In this document: positions 27,422 to 36,975 of the stretch, one piece after another
Position numbering within the stretch: position 1 is the first letter of the stretch
Layout: each line of letters starts with the position of its first letter
Origin: Erysipelotrichaceae bacterium
Lineage (GTDB): Bacteria > Bacillota_I > Bacilli_A > Erysipelotrichales > Erysipelotrichaceae
Reading direction: 5' to 3'
DNA: 64,000 bases
NCBI GenBank assembly: GCA_017512885.1
Contig: JAFWEP010000035.1
Location: 5,606-69,605 of the forward strand
Translations under genes and position numbers: made by a program
Notes under the pieces: generated by a model
The model's input: the letters and a program-made list of their open reading frames with translations, nothing else
Databases searched by the model: none
Told to the model about the DNA's origin: nothing

Positions 27422-27434
27422 CTCTCTCTTTTAT
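27401..27434. terminator. Bidirectional terminator hairpin between convergent genes
   Basis: AAGAGAGAGT (27405-27414) pairs with ACTCTCTCTT (27421-27430), flanked by A- and T-runs. Confidence 0.7.
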
Positions 27435-30400
27435 TCTGTCCGTAAGGCGGTAACAGGGTCGCTGTGCGCGGCTTTGCGGGAAGGGATCAGTCCTCCGATC
27501 AGGGTCAGAACGACGCTCAGAATGACCAGGATGACCGCTGAGGAGGGTTCCAGATAGGCCGTGACATCGGCATCGGTCAGATGATGGATCAGGGCATTGC
27601 CCGGGATCAGCAGCAGTTCGCTGATGACGATGCCTAAGACGCCGGCCAATAGACCGATGATGAAGGTCTCGGCATTGAAGACTTCGGAGATGTTGCGCTT
27701 GGAGGCGCCGATCGCCCGCAGGATGCCGATCTCTTTCCTTCGCTCCAGGACGGAGATGTAGGTGATGACCCCGATCATGATCGAAGAGACCACCAGCGAG
27801 ATCGCCACGAAGGCGATCAGGACATAACCGATCGCATTGATGATATCAGTGACGGAAGACATCAGGGTCCCGACGATATCGGTATAGACGATGACCTTTT
27901 CCTTGTCTGTCTCCCGCATATCATCATTGTAGGCATCGAGGATATTCTTGATCTCGCCCTTGCCGGCAAAGTCGTAAGGGAAGATCGTGATCATATAGGG
28001 CTGATCGGGATCGGCATAGCCGAAGAGTTTCAGGTTGCCGTTATAGGAAGAAGTCTCATTGGCCATCAGGGAACTCAGCAGTTCCTGCAGTTCTTCTTCG
28101 CTGAAATTCATGGAGATGGCATTGCTGAAGGAGGATGCATCGAAACGGAAGGCATCCATGAAGGAGCCGCCCATCGAGGACACGGCCTTCTGCATGCCGT
28201 CTGCCAGCTGTGAAGCCATCTTCTGCATGCCGCCGCCGATCTGCTTCGCCAGTTCATCCGAATAGGAGGACATCTGGGAAGCGACCGCTTTCTCAACTTC
28301 TGAAGTATCGACCGACTTTTGCAGGAAGTCGCTGATCTGTTTCTGTGCTCCTTCGCTCTGCAGATAGGTCCCGAAGGAAGCAGAGATCTTCTCCGGCTGC
28401 GGCAGTTCCTTGCCGGAGGCATATTCCTGGTACCCGTTCAGGAGGTCGCTGCCGATCTGTCCGGCAGCCTTTTCGACCACTTCCGGGTCGATCTCACCGA
28501 TCAGTTCGCTGTCCTTGGCCGTGATCAGCTGCTGCACTTCCGGCAGCTGCAGGTATTCGGCGATATACGTGCTGAACTGTTCCGGGTCATTATAGCCCTT
28601 CTCCATGGCCCACTGCGGATAGCCGGCCATGACTTCGCTGATCAGCTGGGTCAGATCCTCAGCAGAGATCTGATCCAGACCGGAGTCTTTTAGGAAGGCA
28701 GCCAGATCCTGCTGCAGCAGGGCACGTGCTTCGTCGCTCTGCAGATAGCTGCGGAAGGCATCCGGCAGAGCGGTGATGTCCGTCTGCGGATCGGCCTTGG
28801 CATATTCGGCATACTCCTGCAGCAAGCTCTCAAAGAGCTTCTGCAGTTCCTCTTCATCAAGATCGATCTTCACCTGACTGAGCAGCGATCCGAGATCGAG
28901 CTCAGGCATCGCCGAAGACAGGGCATTGGGATCGATCAAAGAAGACATATCCAGTGAGGACATGTCGAAGGCAGAGGCATCGATACGGAGCTTGCTGGTA
29001 TCGAAGGAGAAGGCATCGTTCATGGCCTGTTCATCGATGCTGAAGAGCGTGGACATGTCCAGTGTCCCCTTCCCGGCTTCCCCGAACTTCTGGCCGGTGA
29101 TCACATCGGTATCCGGATCGGCTTTCTGGGCCCGAACGATAGTGCTGCCTGCCGAGCGCTCCATCATGTTACGGATCAGTTCCGACGGGAAAGAGATCCC
29201 GCTCTCCAGGATCGCGACCGAAGCCTCTTCGGAAGGCCGGACGACCCCGACGATCGTCAGCTGCGGCGCTTCTTTCAGCAATGAACGCATATAACTGCCG
29301 TCAGAGGATTTATCGACATAGACCTTGTATTCTTCATCGTAACTGTAGCGCTGCCAGGCATCGATGACCCGGAAAGAGATCCCCAGGAAGTCCTTGTAGG
29401 AATACTTCCCGATCTCTCCTTCGATGGTCACGTTCTCTCCGGAAGAGAAGGCCTTCATCAGTTCATCCAGTTCCTTCTGATCCTTGATGCCCATCGCGTA
29501 CAACGAAAGGTCACTGACTCCGCCGTTGCGGGTCAGTACCAGTACGGCTTCTTCGGCATTCTCCGGCCAGCGTCCGCTCTCCAGCAGATACTGTTCACGG
29601 TACAGTTCTTCGTGTTCCGGCAGAACATGGAAGAGATCGGTGCTCATGGCACTGGAATATATCATATTGGAAGAGAAGCCCATCGAGGCAAAGACCTGGT
29701 TGGGATTGACCTGCCGGTAATCCTTCCCATCGAAGCGGTAGATCAGCGGAGAAAGATCATAGGAATACTCGATCGCCCGGGTATAGGGCTTCATGCCGCT
29801 TTCCGGACTCTCCAGGAAGATCTTCAGGGAAGCCAGGTCATTGGAACTCAGACGCGAAAAGAGCGAGGTGATCGTACGCATCTCATGGACTTCGGAAGGT
29901 TCTTCTTCCTCCTGGGTCCCCATCGTTAAGAGAAACGTGGAATCAAAGGCGGAATTCTGGATCGTCAGCGGGTATTCCTGCAAAGTCTCTTCTTCGATGT
30001 CCTGAATGTAGCGGTTGACGCCGTTGGAGAGAGACAGGATCAGAGCGATGCCGATGATGCCGATCGATCCGGCAAAAGCGACCAGCAGGGTCCTGGTCAG
30101 TTTGGTACGCAGGTTGTTGAAACTTAAGGAGAGCGAAGTCAGGAAAGACATCGAAGACTTTCCCAGATTCTTATGGACCGCTTCTCCGGCTTCTACATGA
30201 TAGGGATCGGTATCCGAGAGGATCACTCCGTCCTTCAAACGGACGATGCGGGTCGCATACTGCTCAGCCAGTTCCGGGTTATGGGTGACCATGACCACCA
30301 GACGGTCTTCAGCGACTTCCTTCAGCAGATCCATGACCTGCACGCTGGTCTCGGAATCCAGAGCACCGGTCGGTTCGTCCGCCAGCAGGATATCCGGGTC

Positions 30401-30874
30401 ATTGACCAGGGCCCGGGCGATCGCAACACGCTGCATCTGACCGCCGGAGAGCTGATTCGGTTTCTTATGGATATGATCCTTCAGACCGACCTTCTCCAGA
30501 GAAGCTATGGCTTTCTGCCGTCTTTCCGCACCGGAGATGCCGGAGATCGTCAAAGCCAGTTCAACATTGGCCAGAATATTCTGATGGGGGATCAGGTTAT
30601 AGCTCTGGAAGACGAAACCGATGGTGTGGTTGCGGTAACTATCCCAGTCCCGGTCCTTGTACTGTTTGGTGGAGATGCCGTTGATGATCAGATCCCCGCT
30701 GTCATAACGGTCCAGACCGCCGATAATGTTCAAAAGCGTCGTCTTTCCGGATCCGGAAGGTCCCAGAATGGCGACGAATTCATTATCCCGCAGATTGAGA
30801 CTGACATGGTCCAACGCCTGCTGGACCAGTTCACCGGTACGGTATTCCTTGCATATGTCCTGAACCTGCAGCAA
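27431..30874 (-). CDS. Fused ABC transporter ATPase + MacB/FtsX-type permease with an extracytoplasmic domain of about 700 aa
   Basis: 1147 aa. The N-terminal NBD has [17 protein letters not shown] and LLADEPTGALD. The C-terminal FtsX bundle follows. It uses a TTG start 9 nt after AGGAGG. Confidence 0.85.
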   Translation of the reverse strand: MLQVQDICKEYRTGELVQQALDHVSLNLRDNEFVAILGPSGSGKTTLLNIIGGLDRYDSGDLIINGISTKQYKDRDWDSYRNHTIGFVFQSYNLIPHQNILANVELALTISGISGAERRQKAIASLEKVGLKDHIHKKPNQLSGGQMQRVAIARALVNDPDILLADEPTGALDSETSVQVMDLLKEVAEDRLVVMVTHNPELAEQYATRIVRLKDGVILSDTDPYHVEAGEAVHKNLGKSSMSFLTSLSLSFNNLRTKLTRTLLVAFAGSIGIIGIALILSLSNGVNRYIQDIEEETLQEYPLTIQNSAFDSTFLLTMGTQEEEEPSEVHEMRTITSLFSRLSSNDLASLKIFLESPESGMKPYTRAIEYSYDLSPLIYRFDGKDYRQVNPNQVFASMGFSSNMIYSSAMSTDLFHVLPEHEELYREQYLLESGRWPENAEEAVLVLTRNGGVSDLSLYAMGIKDQKELDELMKAFSSGENVTIEGEIGKYSYKDFLGISFRVIDAWQRYSYDEEYKVYVDKSSDGSYMRSLLKEAPQLTIVGVVRPSEEASVAILESGISFPSELIRNMMERSAGSTIVRAQKADPDTDVITGQKFGEAGKGTLDMSTLFSIDEQAMNDAFSFDTSKLRIDASAFDMSSLDMSSLIDPNALSSAMPELDLGSLLSQVKIDLDEEELQKLFESLLQEYAEYAKADPQTDITALPDAFRSYLQSDEARALLQQDLAAFLKDSGLDQISAEDLTQLISEVMAGYPQWAMEKGYNDPEQFSTYIAEYLQLPEVQQLITAKDSELIGEIDPEVVEKAAGQIGSDLLNGYQEYASGKELPQPEKISASFGTYLQSEGAQKQISDFLQKSVDTSEVEKAVASQMSSYSDELAKQIGGGMQKMASQLADGMQKAVSSMGGSFMDAFRFDASSFSNAISMNFSEEELQELLSSLMANETSSYNGNLKLFGYADPDQPYMITIFPYDFAGKGEIKNILDAYNDDMRETDKEKVIVYTDIVGTLMSSVTDIINAIGYVLIAFVAISLVVSSIMIGVITYISVLERRKEIGILRAIGASKRNISEVFNAETFIIGLLAGVLGIVISELLLIPGNALIHHLTDADVTAYLEPSSAVILVILSVVLTLIGGLIPSRKAAHSDPVTALRTE

Positions 30875-31108
30875 GCCCTTCTCCTCCTTGACGTTCTTAT
30901 TCTAATGAATGAAGGCTGTTTAATCAATCGATACTCATTGTACACAATCATTTAGAGGCAGAACATAGCCGGGAGGGCCCGGCTGTTCTGTAGGAAAGGA
31001 GTACGTATATCTTCAATAAGGAAGTTCCTTATGAGACCATCGTACTCCTGTCTGTTCTATGGAATTCGTCAGAAATGCAGAGAATTATGGGATTTCCGCA
31101 AACGAGTG

Positions 31109-31852
31109 CTACTGCCAGCTGCGGACAGAGACTTCACCCGAATCCAGGACCCGGATCCCCTCTTCCGTTTCGACGAGCAGTCTTCCCTCATCATCGATGG
31201 CCATGGCTTTGCCGCTGTAAAGCACATCGTTCTCCCGGAAAGTGATCTCCTTTCCTAAAAGGAGCGAAGCTTCGCGGTATTCCGGCAGCAGTTCTTCCTT
31301 CGGCAGACTGACCGCCCGGTTCAGTTCTTTCCAGAGCAGTCCGGCCAGCTTGCTGCGGTCTTCTTCCGAGATATCCAGACTGCCGGCGATATCTGCGATC
31401 TCCGGCGGGAACGCCTGATCGGTGCAGTTGATGCCGATGCCGATGATGATCCAGGAATGTTCCGCCTGCAGCGCTTCGGCCAGGATCCCGCAGACTTTCT
31501 TTCCGTTATAGAAGAGGTCGTTGACCCATTTGATGCCGCATTCCCTGCCGCAGCATTCCTTGATCGCCCGCTGTACGGCGACTCCAGCTGCGATCGTCGG
31601 CAGTTCAGTCTCCTTCCGATCCTGATCGAGCAGGATCGTCAGATAGAGTCCGCTTCCCTTCGGAGAGTAGAAGTCATGACCGTGCCGGCCTCTTCCGGCG
31701 GACTGGAAATCCGAGAGGACCAGCGAGCCGTGAACGGCCTCTCCTCTGCGGATCAGTTCCTTGGCATGATCATTGGTGGAATCGATCTCTTCAAACAGCA
31801 GCAAAGGTGCGTCGCTTTCTGCCAAAGAGAGGATCTTTTCCCGCTCCAGCAT
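31109..31852 (-). CDS. birA: Biotin-[acetyl-CoA-carboxylase] ligase, group I (no N-terminal HTH)
   Basis: 247 aa with QSAGRGRHGHDFYSPKGSGLY and KWVNDLFYNGKKVCGILAE. Confidence 0.9.
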   Translation of the reverse strand: MLEREKILSLAESDAPLLLFEEIDSTNDHAKELIRRGEAVHGSLVLSDFQSAGRGRHGHDFYSPKGSGLYLTILLDQDRKETELPTIAAGVAVQRAIKECCGRECGIKWVNDLFYNGKKVCGILAEALQAEHSWIIIGIGINCTDQAFPPEIADIAGSLDISEEDRSKLAGLLWKELNRAVSLPKEELLPEYREASLLLGKEITFRENDVLYSGKAMAIDDEGRLLVETEEGIRVLDSGEVSVRSWQ

Positions 31853-31853
31853 A

Positions 31854-32426
31854 TTATCCGCGCAGAGCCTTGTCAGCCAGCGGCTGCAGTCTGCTGCTCA
31901 GCAGGCAGACGGCAACGATCTTCAGAGCATCGCCGAACAGGAAGGGAACGACGCAGACGCTGAGGGCATAGCCCAGTCCGGAACCGGTCGAAACACAGAA
32001 CCAGACAGTGCCCAGGATATAGCAGGCAGCCGTACCCAGCAGCATGCCCGCTACCAGCATGCCGATCTTCTTCGAACCGGTCATGCCGGCACTCTTTTCA
32101 GCGAACAGTCCGGAGAGCCAGGCATAGGGGATGTAACCGATCATATAACCGCCGGTGACGCCCAGGATCTTGGCGAAACCGCTGCTGTAACCGGCAAAGA
32201 CCGGCATGCCGATGGAACCCAGGATCAGATAGATGATCACTGCCAGAACACTGTTGCGTTTTCCCAACAGGACTCCCGTCAGCATAACGCTCAGCGTTGC
32301 CAGCGAGATCGGTACGCTTCCGGTCAGCGGGATGGAGATCGGAGCAGTAACCGAGATCAGGGCAGCGAAGATACCGATGAGAGCGATCTCACGGGTGGTC
32401 AGCAGTGAAAGACTTTTCTGATTCAT
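31854..32426 (-). CDS. bioY: Biotin transporter S-component BioY
   Basis: Start at MNQKSLSLLTTREIALIGIFAAL behind GAGGT. It has a 6-TM BioY pattern, and its stop lies 1 nt from the birA start. Confidence 0.9.
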   Translation of the reverse strand: MNQKSLSLLTTREIALIGIFAALISVTAPISIPLTGSVPISLATLSVMLTGVLLGKRNSVLAVIIYLILGSIGMPVFAGYSSGFAKILGVTGGYMIGYIPYAWLSGLFAEKSAGMTGSKKIGMLVAGMLLGTAACYILGTVWFCVSTGSGLGYALSVCVVPFLFGDALKIVAVCLLSSRLQPLADKALRG

Positions 32427-32560
32427 AAAAATACCTCTTGTGATTCTATTATCCAACTTTTCCGGGAGACAAATAATACATCTTTCTATATCCTTATATA
32501 CATTGTCGGGTATAACAAACCTGCATGTATACAATAAACGAAATATTTCTGATCATAAAC

Positions 32561-32592
32561 AAAAAAGGACCGCTGCAAGGCTATAGCGGTCC
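32561..32592 (-). terminator. Orphan intrinsic terminator, 210 nt downstream of the nearest stop codon
   Basis: Minus strand GGACCGCU-N10-AGCGGUCC-UUUUUU. A second hairpin, GGGCCG-UAC-CGGCCC, lies just before it at 32594-32611. Confidence 0.65.
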
Positions 32593-32801
32593 CAGGGCCG
32601 GTACGGCCCTTTGCACTGTATTTCGCGGTAAATAGAAAGGGGAATAAACGAAACACAGCCGTCAGAAGGAAGAACGACTTTTCTTCTGAACTCGCCTTTA
32701 GTATACATAAATATCAATAGATTAAAAATACAGAATAAATAGTTTTATATATCAGTATTGTTATGTATACAAAAAGCGCATTTTTTGTTGTTTTTCGGCC
32801 T

Positions 32802-33446
32802 TTACCGCATCGCTACGATCGAGATCACCAGCAGTGCACAGGGGATCATGACCGCCTGGACGCCCATCATCCGCGAGAAGATCCCGCCCAGTCCCGCTCC
32901 CAGCATGAACACCAGCAGCAGACTGCCGACCAGGGTTGCCCTTTTCGCATAGTATTCTTCACCGGTATTCAGCGAATAGACCAGAGCGTAAGCGAAACTG
33001 CGCAGATTTCCGGTCGCCATCGTCGTGGTAAAGGTGTATTCCCCTACTTTCCGGAAGGTCTGCAGCTGGATCCCGCAGGCGAAAGCGATCAGCGTATTGG
33101 CGATCGTGTTATGCGCCTCCGGCAGGAAGGCGACGATCAGCAGGATCGCCGCTTCGATCAGGACCGTTTCCTGACGCCAGTGCAGGCCCTGGATATGGCG
33201 GATATCCCGGACATAGACGACCAAAAAGATACCCAGCGTGAAAGTCAGGATCGAGAAGAGATAACGGAAGCAGGAAAAGAGATCTCCGTTCATCAGGGCC
33301 ATGCCGCACTGTACGACATTACCGGTCTGGGTATTCGCAAAGACCCCTCCTCTTACAACATAGCTATAGGCATCGAGGAATCCGCCGGCAACGGTCAGCA
33401 CGACATACAGCGCGAAACTGTTCGATACCTGTTCAGTTTTTGACAT
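32802..33446 (-). CDS. YoaK/DUF1275-family membrane protein
   Basis: Start at MSKTEQVSNSF. The motifs GGFLDAYSY, FANTQTGN and TTTMATGNLR are typical of DUF1275. Confidence 0.75.
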   Translation of the reverse strand: MSKTEQVSNSFALYVVLTVAGGFLDAYSYVVRGGVFANTQTGNVVQCGMALMNGDLFSCFRYLFSILTFTLGIFLVVYVRDIRHIQGLHWRQETVLIEAAILLIVAFLPEAHNTIANTLIAFACGIQLQTFRKVGEYTFTTTMATGNLRSFAYALVYSLNTGEEYYAKRATLVGSLLLVFMLGAGLGGIFSRMMGVQAVMIPCALLVISIVAMR

Positions 33447-33459
33447 ATGCTTCTCCCAT

Positions 33460-33490
33460 AGAAAAGGCGGTGCCGCTCGCACCGCCTTTC
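33460..33490 (-). terminator. Terminator after the decarboxylase operon
   Basis: An 11-bp stem, AAAGGCGGTGC / GCACCGCCTTT, directly after the beta-subunit stop. Confidence 0.65.
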
Positions 33491-33494
33491 TGTT

Positions 33495-34658
33495 TTACTT
33501 GAAGAACAGCAGCAGCATACCGGCCGCAACAGCGGAACCGATAACGCCGGCTACGTTCGGGCCCATGGCATGCATGAGCAGGAAGTTGGAAGGATTGTAC
33601 TTGACGCCTTCCTTCTGGACGACACGCGCAGCCATCGGGACAGCCGAGACACCGGCCGCACCGATCATCGGGTTGGTCTTGCCGCCATCGAGCTTGCTCA
33701 TGATCTTGCCCAGAACGACACCGCCGGCAGTACCAAGGCTGAAGGCGATGATACCGAGGGCAATGATCTTGATGGTCTCAGCACGCAGGAACATTTCCGC
33801 AGTAGCCTTCGCACCGACGGTCATACCCAGGAAGACCGAGATGATGTACATCAGGGAGTTCTGTAAGCAGTTGACCAGGAGCGGGACCTGATTGGACTCT
33901 TTCAGCAGGTTACCGAGCATCAGCATGCCGATCAGCGGAGCAGCGTCCGGGAGCAGCAGGCAGGTGAACAGGGTAACGACGACCGGGAAGACGATCTTTT
34001 CCGTCTGAGAGACCGGACGCAGCTGTTCCATCTTGATCTTGCGTTCTTCTTCCGTCGTCAGCAGTTTGATGATCGGAGGCTGGATGACCGGGACCAGAGC
34101 CATGTAGGAGTACGCTGCGATAGCGATCGCACCCAGGAGGTTCGGAGCCAGCTGAGAAGTCAGCAGCAGAGCGGTCGGACCGTCAGCGCCACCGATGATA
34201 CCGATGGAAGCTGCTTCCGGACCGGTGAAGCCCAGAACGATCGCGCCCAGGAAGGTAAAGAAGATACCGAGCTGAGCAGCAGCGCCGAGCAGCAGGGACT
34301 TCGGGTTCGCCAGCAGCGGACCGAAGTCGGTGCCGGCACCGATGCAGAGGAAGATCAGCGGCGGGTAGATACCGAGATCGACACCCTGGTAAAGGTAGTA
34401 CAGCAATCCGCCTTTCGCCGATTCGGTCGCATGATCCATCAGACCGGCCAGAGGCAGGTTGACGAGCAGCATACCGAAGGCGATCGGGATCAGCAGGTAA
34501 GGCTCATAGCCTCTTCCGATAGCCAGGTACAGGAAGAAGCAGGCCAGACACAGCATGATCAGATTGCCAGGCAGAGAGACCGGGCCCAACTGTGTATTGC
34601 AGACAAAGAGCTGAGCCAGACCGGAACTCTGCCAGAATTGCAGAAGGATATCCAGCAT
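33495..34658 (-). CDS. Na+-translocating biotin-dependent decarboxylase, beta (membrane pump) subunit (OadB/MmdB/GcdB/MadB family)
   Basis: 387 aa, polytopic, with family-typical N- and C-terminal halves (...GADGPTALLL..., ...NPMIGAAGVSAVPMAARVV...). Confidence 0.9.
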   Translation of the reverse strand: MLDILLQFWQSSGLAQLFVCNTQLGPVSLPGNLIMLCLACFFLYLAIGRGYEPYLLIPIAFGMLLVNLPLAGLMDHATESAKGGLLYYLYQGVDLGIYPPLIFLCIGAGTDFGPLLANPKSLLLGAAAQLGIFFTFLGAIVLGFTGPEAASIGIIGGADGPTALLLTSQLAPNLLGAIAIAAYSYMALVPVIQPPIIKLLTTEEERKIKMEQLRPVSQTEKIVFPVVVTLFTCLLLPDAAPLIGMLMLGNLLKESNQVPLLVNCLQNSLMYIISVFLGMTVGAKATAEMFLRAETIKIIALGIIAFSLGTAGGVVLGKIMSKLDGGKTNPMIGAAGVSAVPMAARVVQKEGVKYNPSNFLLMHAMGPNVAGVIGSAVAAGMLLLFFK

Positions 34659-34669
34659 GGGTGGCCTCC

Positions 34670-35038
34670 TTACTTCAGAGAGATCAGCAGATCACCGGCA
34701 GAGACTTTATCACCCTTCTTGACAGCAACGCTGGCAACGACGGCATCACGCGGAGCAACGATCTCGTTTTCCATCTTCATGGCTTCGATGATCGCAACGA
34801 CCTGGCCTTCCTTGACGGAATCGCCGGCCTTAACAGCAACGGAAGAGACCGTGCCCTGCAGCGGAGCACTGATATCTCCTGCGCCGCCGGCCGGAGCTGC
34901 GGCCTTCTTCTTGGGAGCCGGTGCGACCGGAGCCGGTGCAGCAGCGACAGCTGCCGGAGCAGCAACGCCGCCCAGTTCTTCTACTTCTACTTCGTGTTCA
35001 ACGCCATCTAAGACGATACGGAATTTCTTGACTGCCAT
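34670..35038 (-). CDS. Biotin carboxyl carrier subunit
   Basis: 122 aa with an Ala/Pro linker and the biotinylation motif EAMKMENEI. Confidence 0.9.
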   Translation of the reverse strand: MAVKKFRIVLDGVEHEVEVEELGGVAAPAAVAAAPAPVAPAPKKKAAAPAGGAGDISAPLQGTVSSVAVKAGDSVKEGQVVAIIEAMKMENEIVAPRDAVVASVAVKKGDKVSAGDLLISLK

Positions 35039-35053
35039 TTTAAGTTCTCCTCC

Positions 35054-35401
35054 TTAATCATTCAGGAAGCCAGTACGGCTTACAGTTGCCCAACTGCCTT
35101 CATCATTGACTTTACGTACACCACGTACGATAAAGCGGTCGGTGCCGAGATATGCGGCGATAGCAGCTGCGGCCAGGATGAACTTGTCGGAATCATCGGT
35201 TTCTTCCTCTTCGACGACAGGTTCAGCGGCCGGAGCAGCCTTGACGGGTTCTTCTTTCTTGCCTTTGTTCAGGATCATGTCGAGGACCTTGGCGACCAGC
35301 TGGATCATGTAACTGATGGCCAGCAGGACCAGGAAGACGACCAGGATACTGACTACAGAGACCAGCAGAGCATCCCCGATGGAAAGTTTATCTCCGAACA
35401 T
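35054..35401 (-). CDS. OadG/MmdD-like small membrane-anchor subunit
   Basis: 115 aa with one N-terminal TM helix and an acidic linker. Its position between the carboxyltransferase and the biotin carrier matches mmd/oad operons. Confidence 0.7.
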   Translation of the reverse strand: MFGDKLSIGDALLVSVVSILVVFLVLLAISYMIQLVAKVLDMILNKGKKEEPVKAAPAAEPVVEEEETDDSDKFILAAAAIAAYLGTDRFIVRGVRKVNDEGSWATVSRTGFLND

Positions 35402-35410
35402 GTCCCCTCC

Positions 35411-36958
35411 TTATAACGGCATGTTGCCGTGTTTCTTGCGGGGTTTGTAGACCTGCTTGCCCTTCAGCGAAGCGAAGGCATCGATCAGACGCTTGCGGCT
35501 CTCGTGCGGCATGATGACGTCATCAACATAGCCACGGGCAGCAGCGACATAGGGGTTCATCGCCATTTCCTGGTATTCAGCCAGCTTTTCAGCTCTCTTG
35601 GCAGCCGGATCTTCAGCGTTCTTGATCTCCTTCGCGAAGATGATGTTGGCAGCACCGTCGCCGCCCATGACCGCGATCTCAGAATCCGGCCAGGCGAAGG
35701 CGATGTCGCTTCCCAGGTGCTTGGAGCACATACCGATGTAAGCGCCGCCGTAAGCCTTACGCATGATCAGGGTGACCATCGGTACGCTTGCTTCCGAGTA
35801 AGCATACAGCATCTTGGCACCGTGACGGATGATTCCGCCGTGTTCCTGAGCGGAGCCCGGCAGGAAGCCAGGAGTATCTTCCAGCGTCAGCATCGGGATG
35901 TTGAAGCAGTCGCAGGTACGGATGAAGCGGGCAGCCTTGTCAGCAGCGTCGATATTCAGACAGCCGGCATTGACCTTCGGCTGGTTGGCGATGACGCCAA
36001 CGCTCTCACCGTTCAGACGGATGAAGCCGGTAACGATGTTCTGAGCGAAAGCTTCCTGCGTTTCGAAGAAGACGCCGTTGTCGGCGATCTTTTCGATAAC
36101 GTCCTTGACATCGTAGGGCTTGTTCGGGTTTTCCGGAACCAGGCTGTCCAGTTCAGCATCAGCGCGGTCGATCGGATCAGCGCATTCATAGCTCGGAGCA
36201 GCTTCCAGATGGTTGGACGGCAGATAGCTCAGCAGTTCACGGATCTGGTTCAGGCATTCGTCTTCGTTCTCGCAGGAGAAGTGAGCGACACCGCTGATAC
36301 GGTTGTGGGCATCAGCGCCGCCCAGAGCTTCACCGGTAACTTCTTCGCCGGTGACCGCACGGATGACGTTCGGGCCGGTGATGTACATCTGACCGATGCC
36401 CTGGACCATGAAGATGAAGTCCGTGATCGCCGGGGAATAGACAGCACCGCCGGCGCACGGTCCCATGATAACGGAGATCTGCGGGATGACACCGGAAGCG
36501 ATGGTGTTGTTGTAGAAGAGACGGCCGTAGCCAGACAGAGCGTCAACGCCCTCCTGGATACGGGCTCCGCCGGAGTCATTGATGCAGACCATCGGAGCGC
36601 CGACCTTCAGTGCAGCTTCCTGCGCTTCAGCGATCTTCATGGCATGCATTTCACCCAGCGAACCGCCAACGACGGTGAAGTCCTGCGCAGCAGCGTAGAC
36701 CAAACGTCCGTTGACCTTACCGTAACCGGTAACGACACCGTCTCCGGCCAGATCTTTCTTTTCCATGCCGAAGTTGGTGCAGCGATGTTTGACGAAGATA
36801 CCGGTTTCCGTGAAGGTGCCTTCATCAAAGAACATTTCGATACGCTCACGAGCGGTGTACTTGCCTAAGCTGTGCTGCTTTTCGATGGCTTTCTCGCCGC
36901 CCCCGAGCATGAGTGCTTTTTTCTTATCCAGCATTTCCTGCTGTCTTTTTGTGGGCAT
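35411..36958 (-). CDS. Acyl-CoA carboxyltransferase, single chain (MmdA/PccB/GcdA family)
   Basis: 515 aa carrying both the N- and C-terminal crotonase-like CT halves (...GGARIQEG..., ...GGAYIGMCSKHLG...). Confidence 0.9.
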   Translation of the reverse strand: MPTKRQQEMLDKKKALMLGGGEKAIEKQHSLGKYTARERIEMFFDEGTFTETGIFVKHRCTNFGMEKKDLAGDGVVTGYGKVNGRLVYAAAQDFTVVGGSLGEMHAMKIAEAQEAALKVGAPMVCINDSGGARIQEGVDALSGYGRLFYNNTIASGVIPQISVIMGPCAGGAVYSPAITDFIFMVQGIGQMYITGPNVIRAVTGEEVTGEALGGADAHNRISGVAHFSCENEDECLNQIRELLSYLPSNHLEAAPSYECADPIDRADAELDSLVPENPNKPYDVKDVIEKIADNGVFFETQEAFAQNIVTGFIRLNGESVGVIANQPKVNAGCLNIDAADKAARFIRTCDCFNIPMLTLEDTPGFLPGSAQEHGGIIRHGAKMLYAYSEASVPMVTLIMRKAYGGAYIGMCSKHLGSDIAFAWPDSEIAVMGGDGAANIIFAKEIKNAEDPAAKRAEKLAEYQEMAMNPYVAAARGYVDDVIMPHESRKRLIDAFASLKGKQVYKPRKKHGNMPL

Positions 36959-36975
36959 TTATACTCTTCCTTTCT

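Noticed and set aside
22159-30874. Whether the two ABC systems flank a bacteriocin or lantibiotic cluster.
   Set aside because: No precursor-peptide-like small ORF, modification enzyme or two-component system is visible in the interval.
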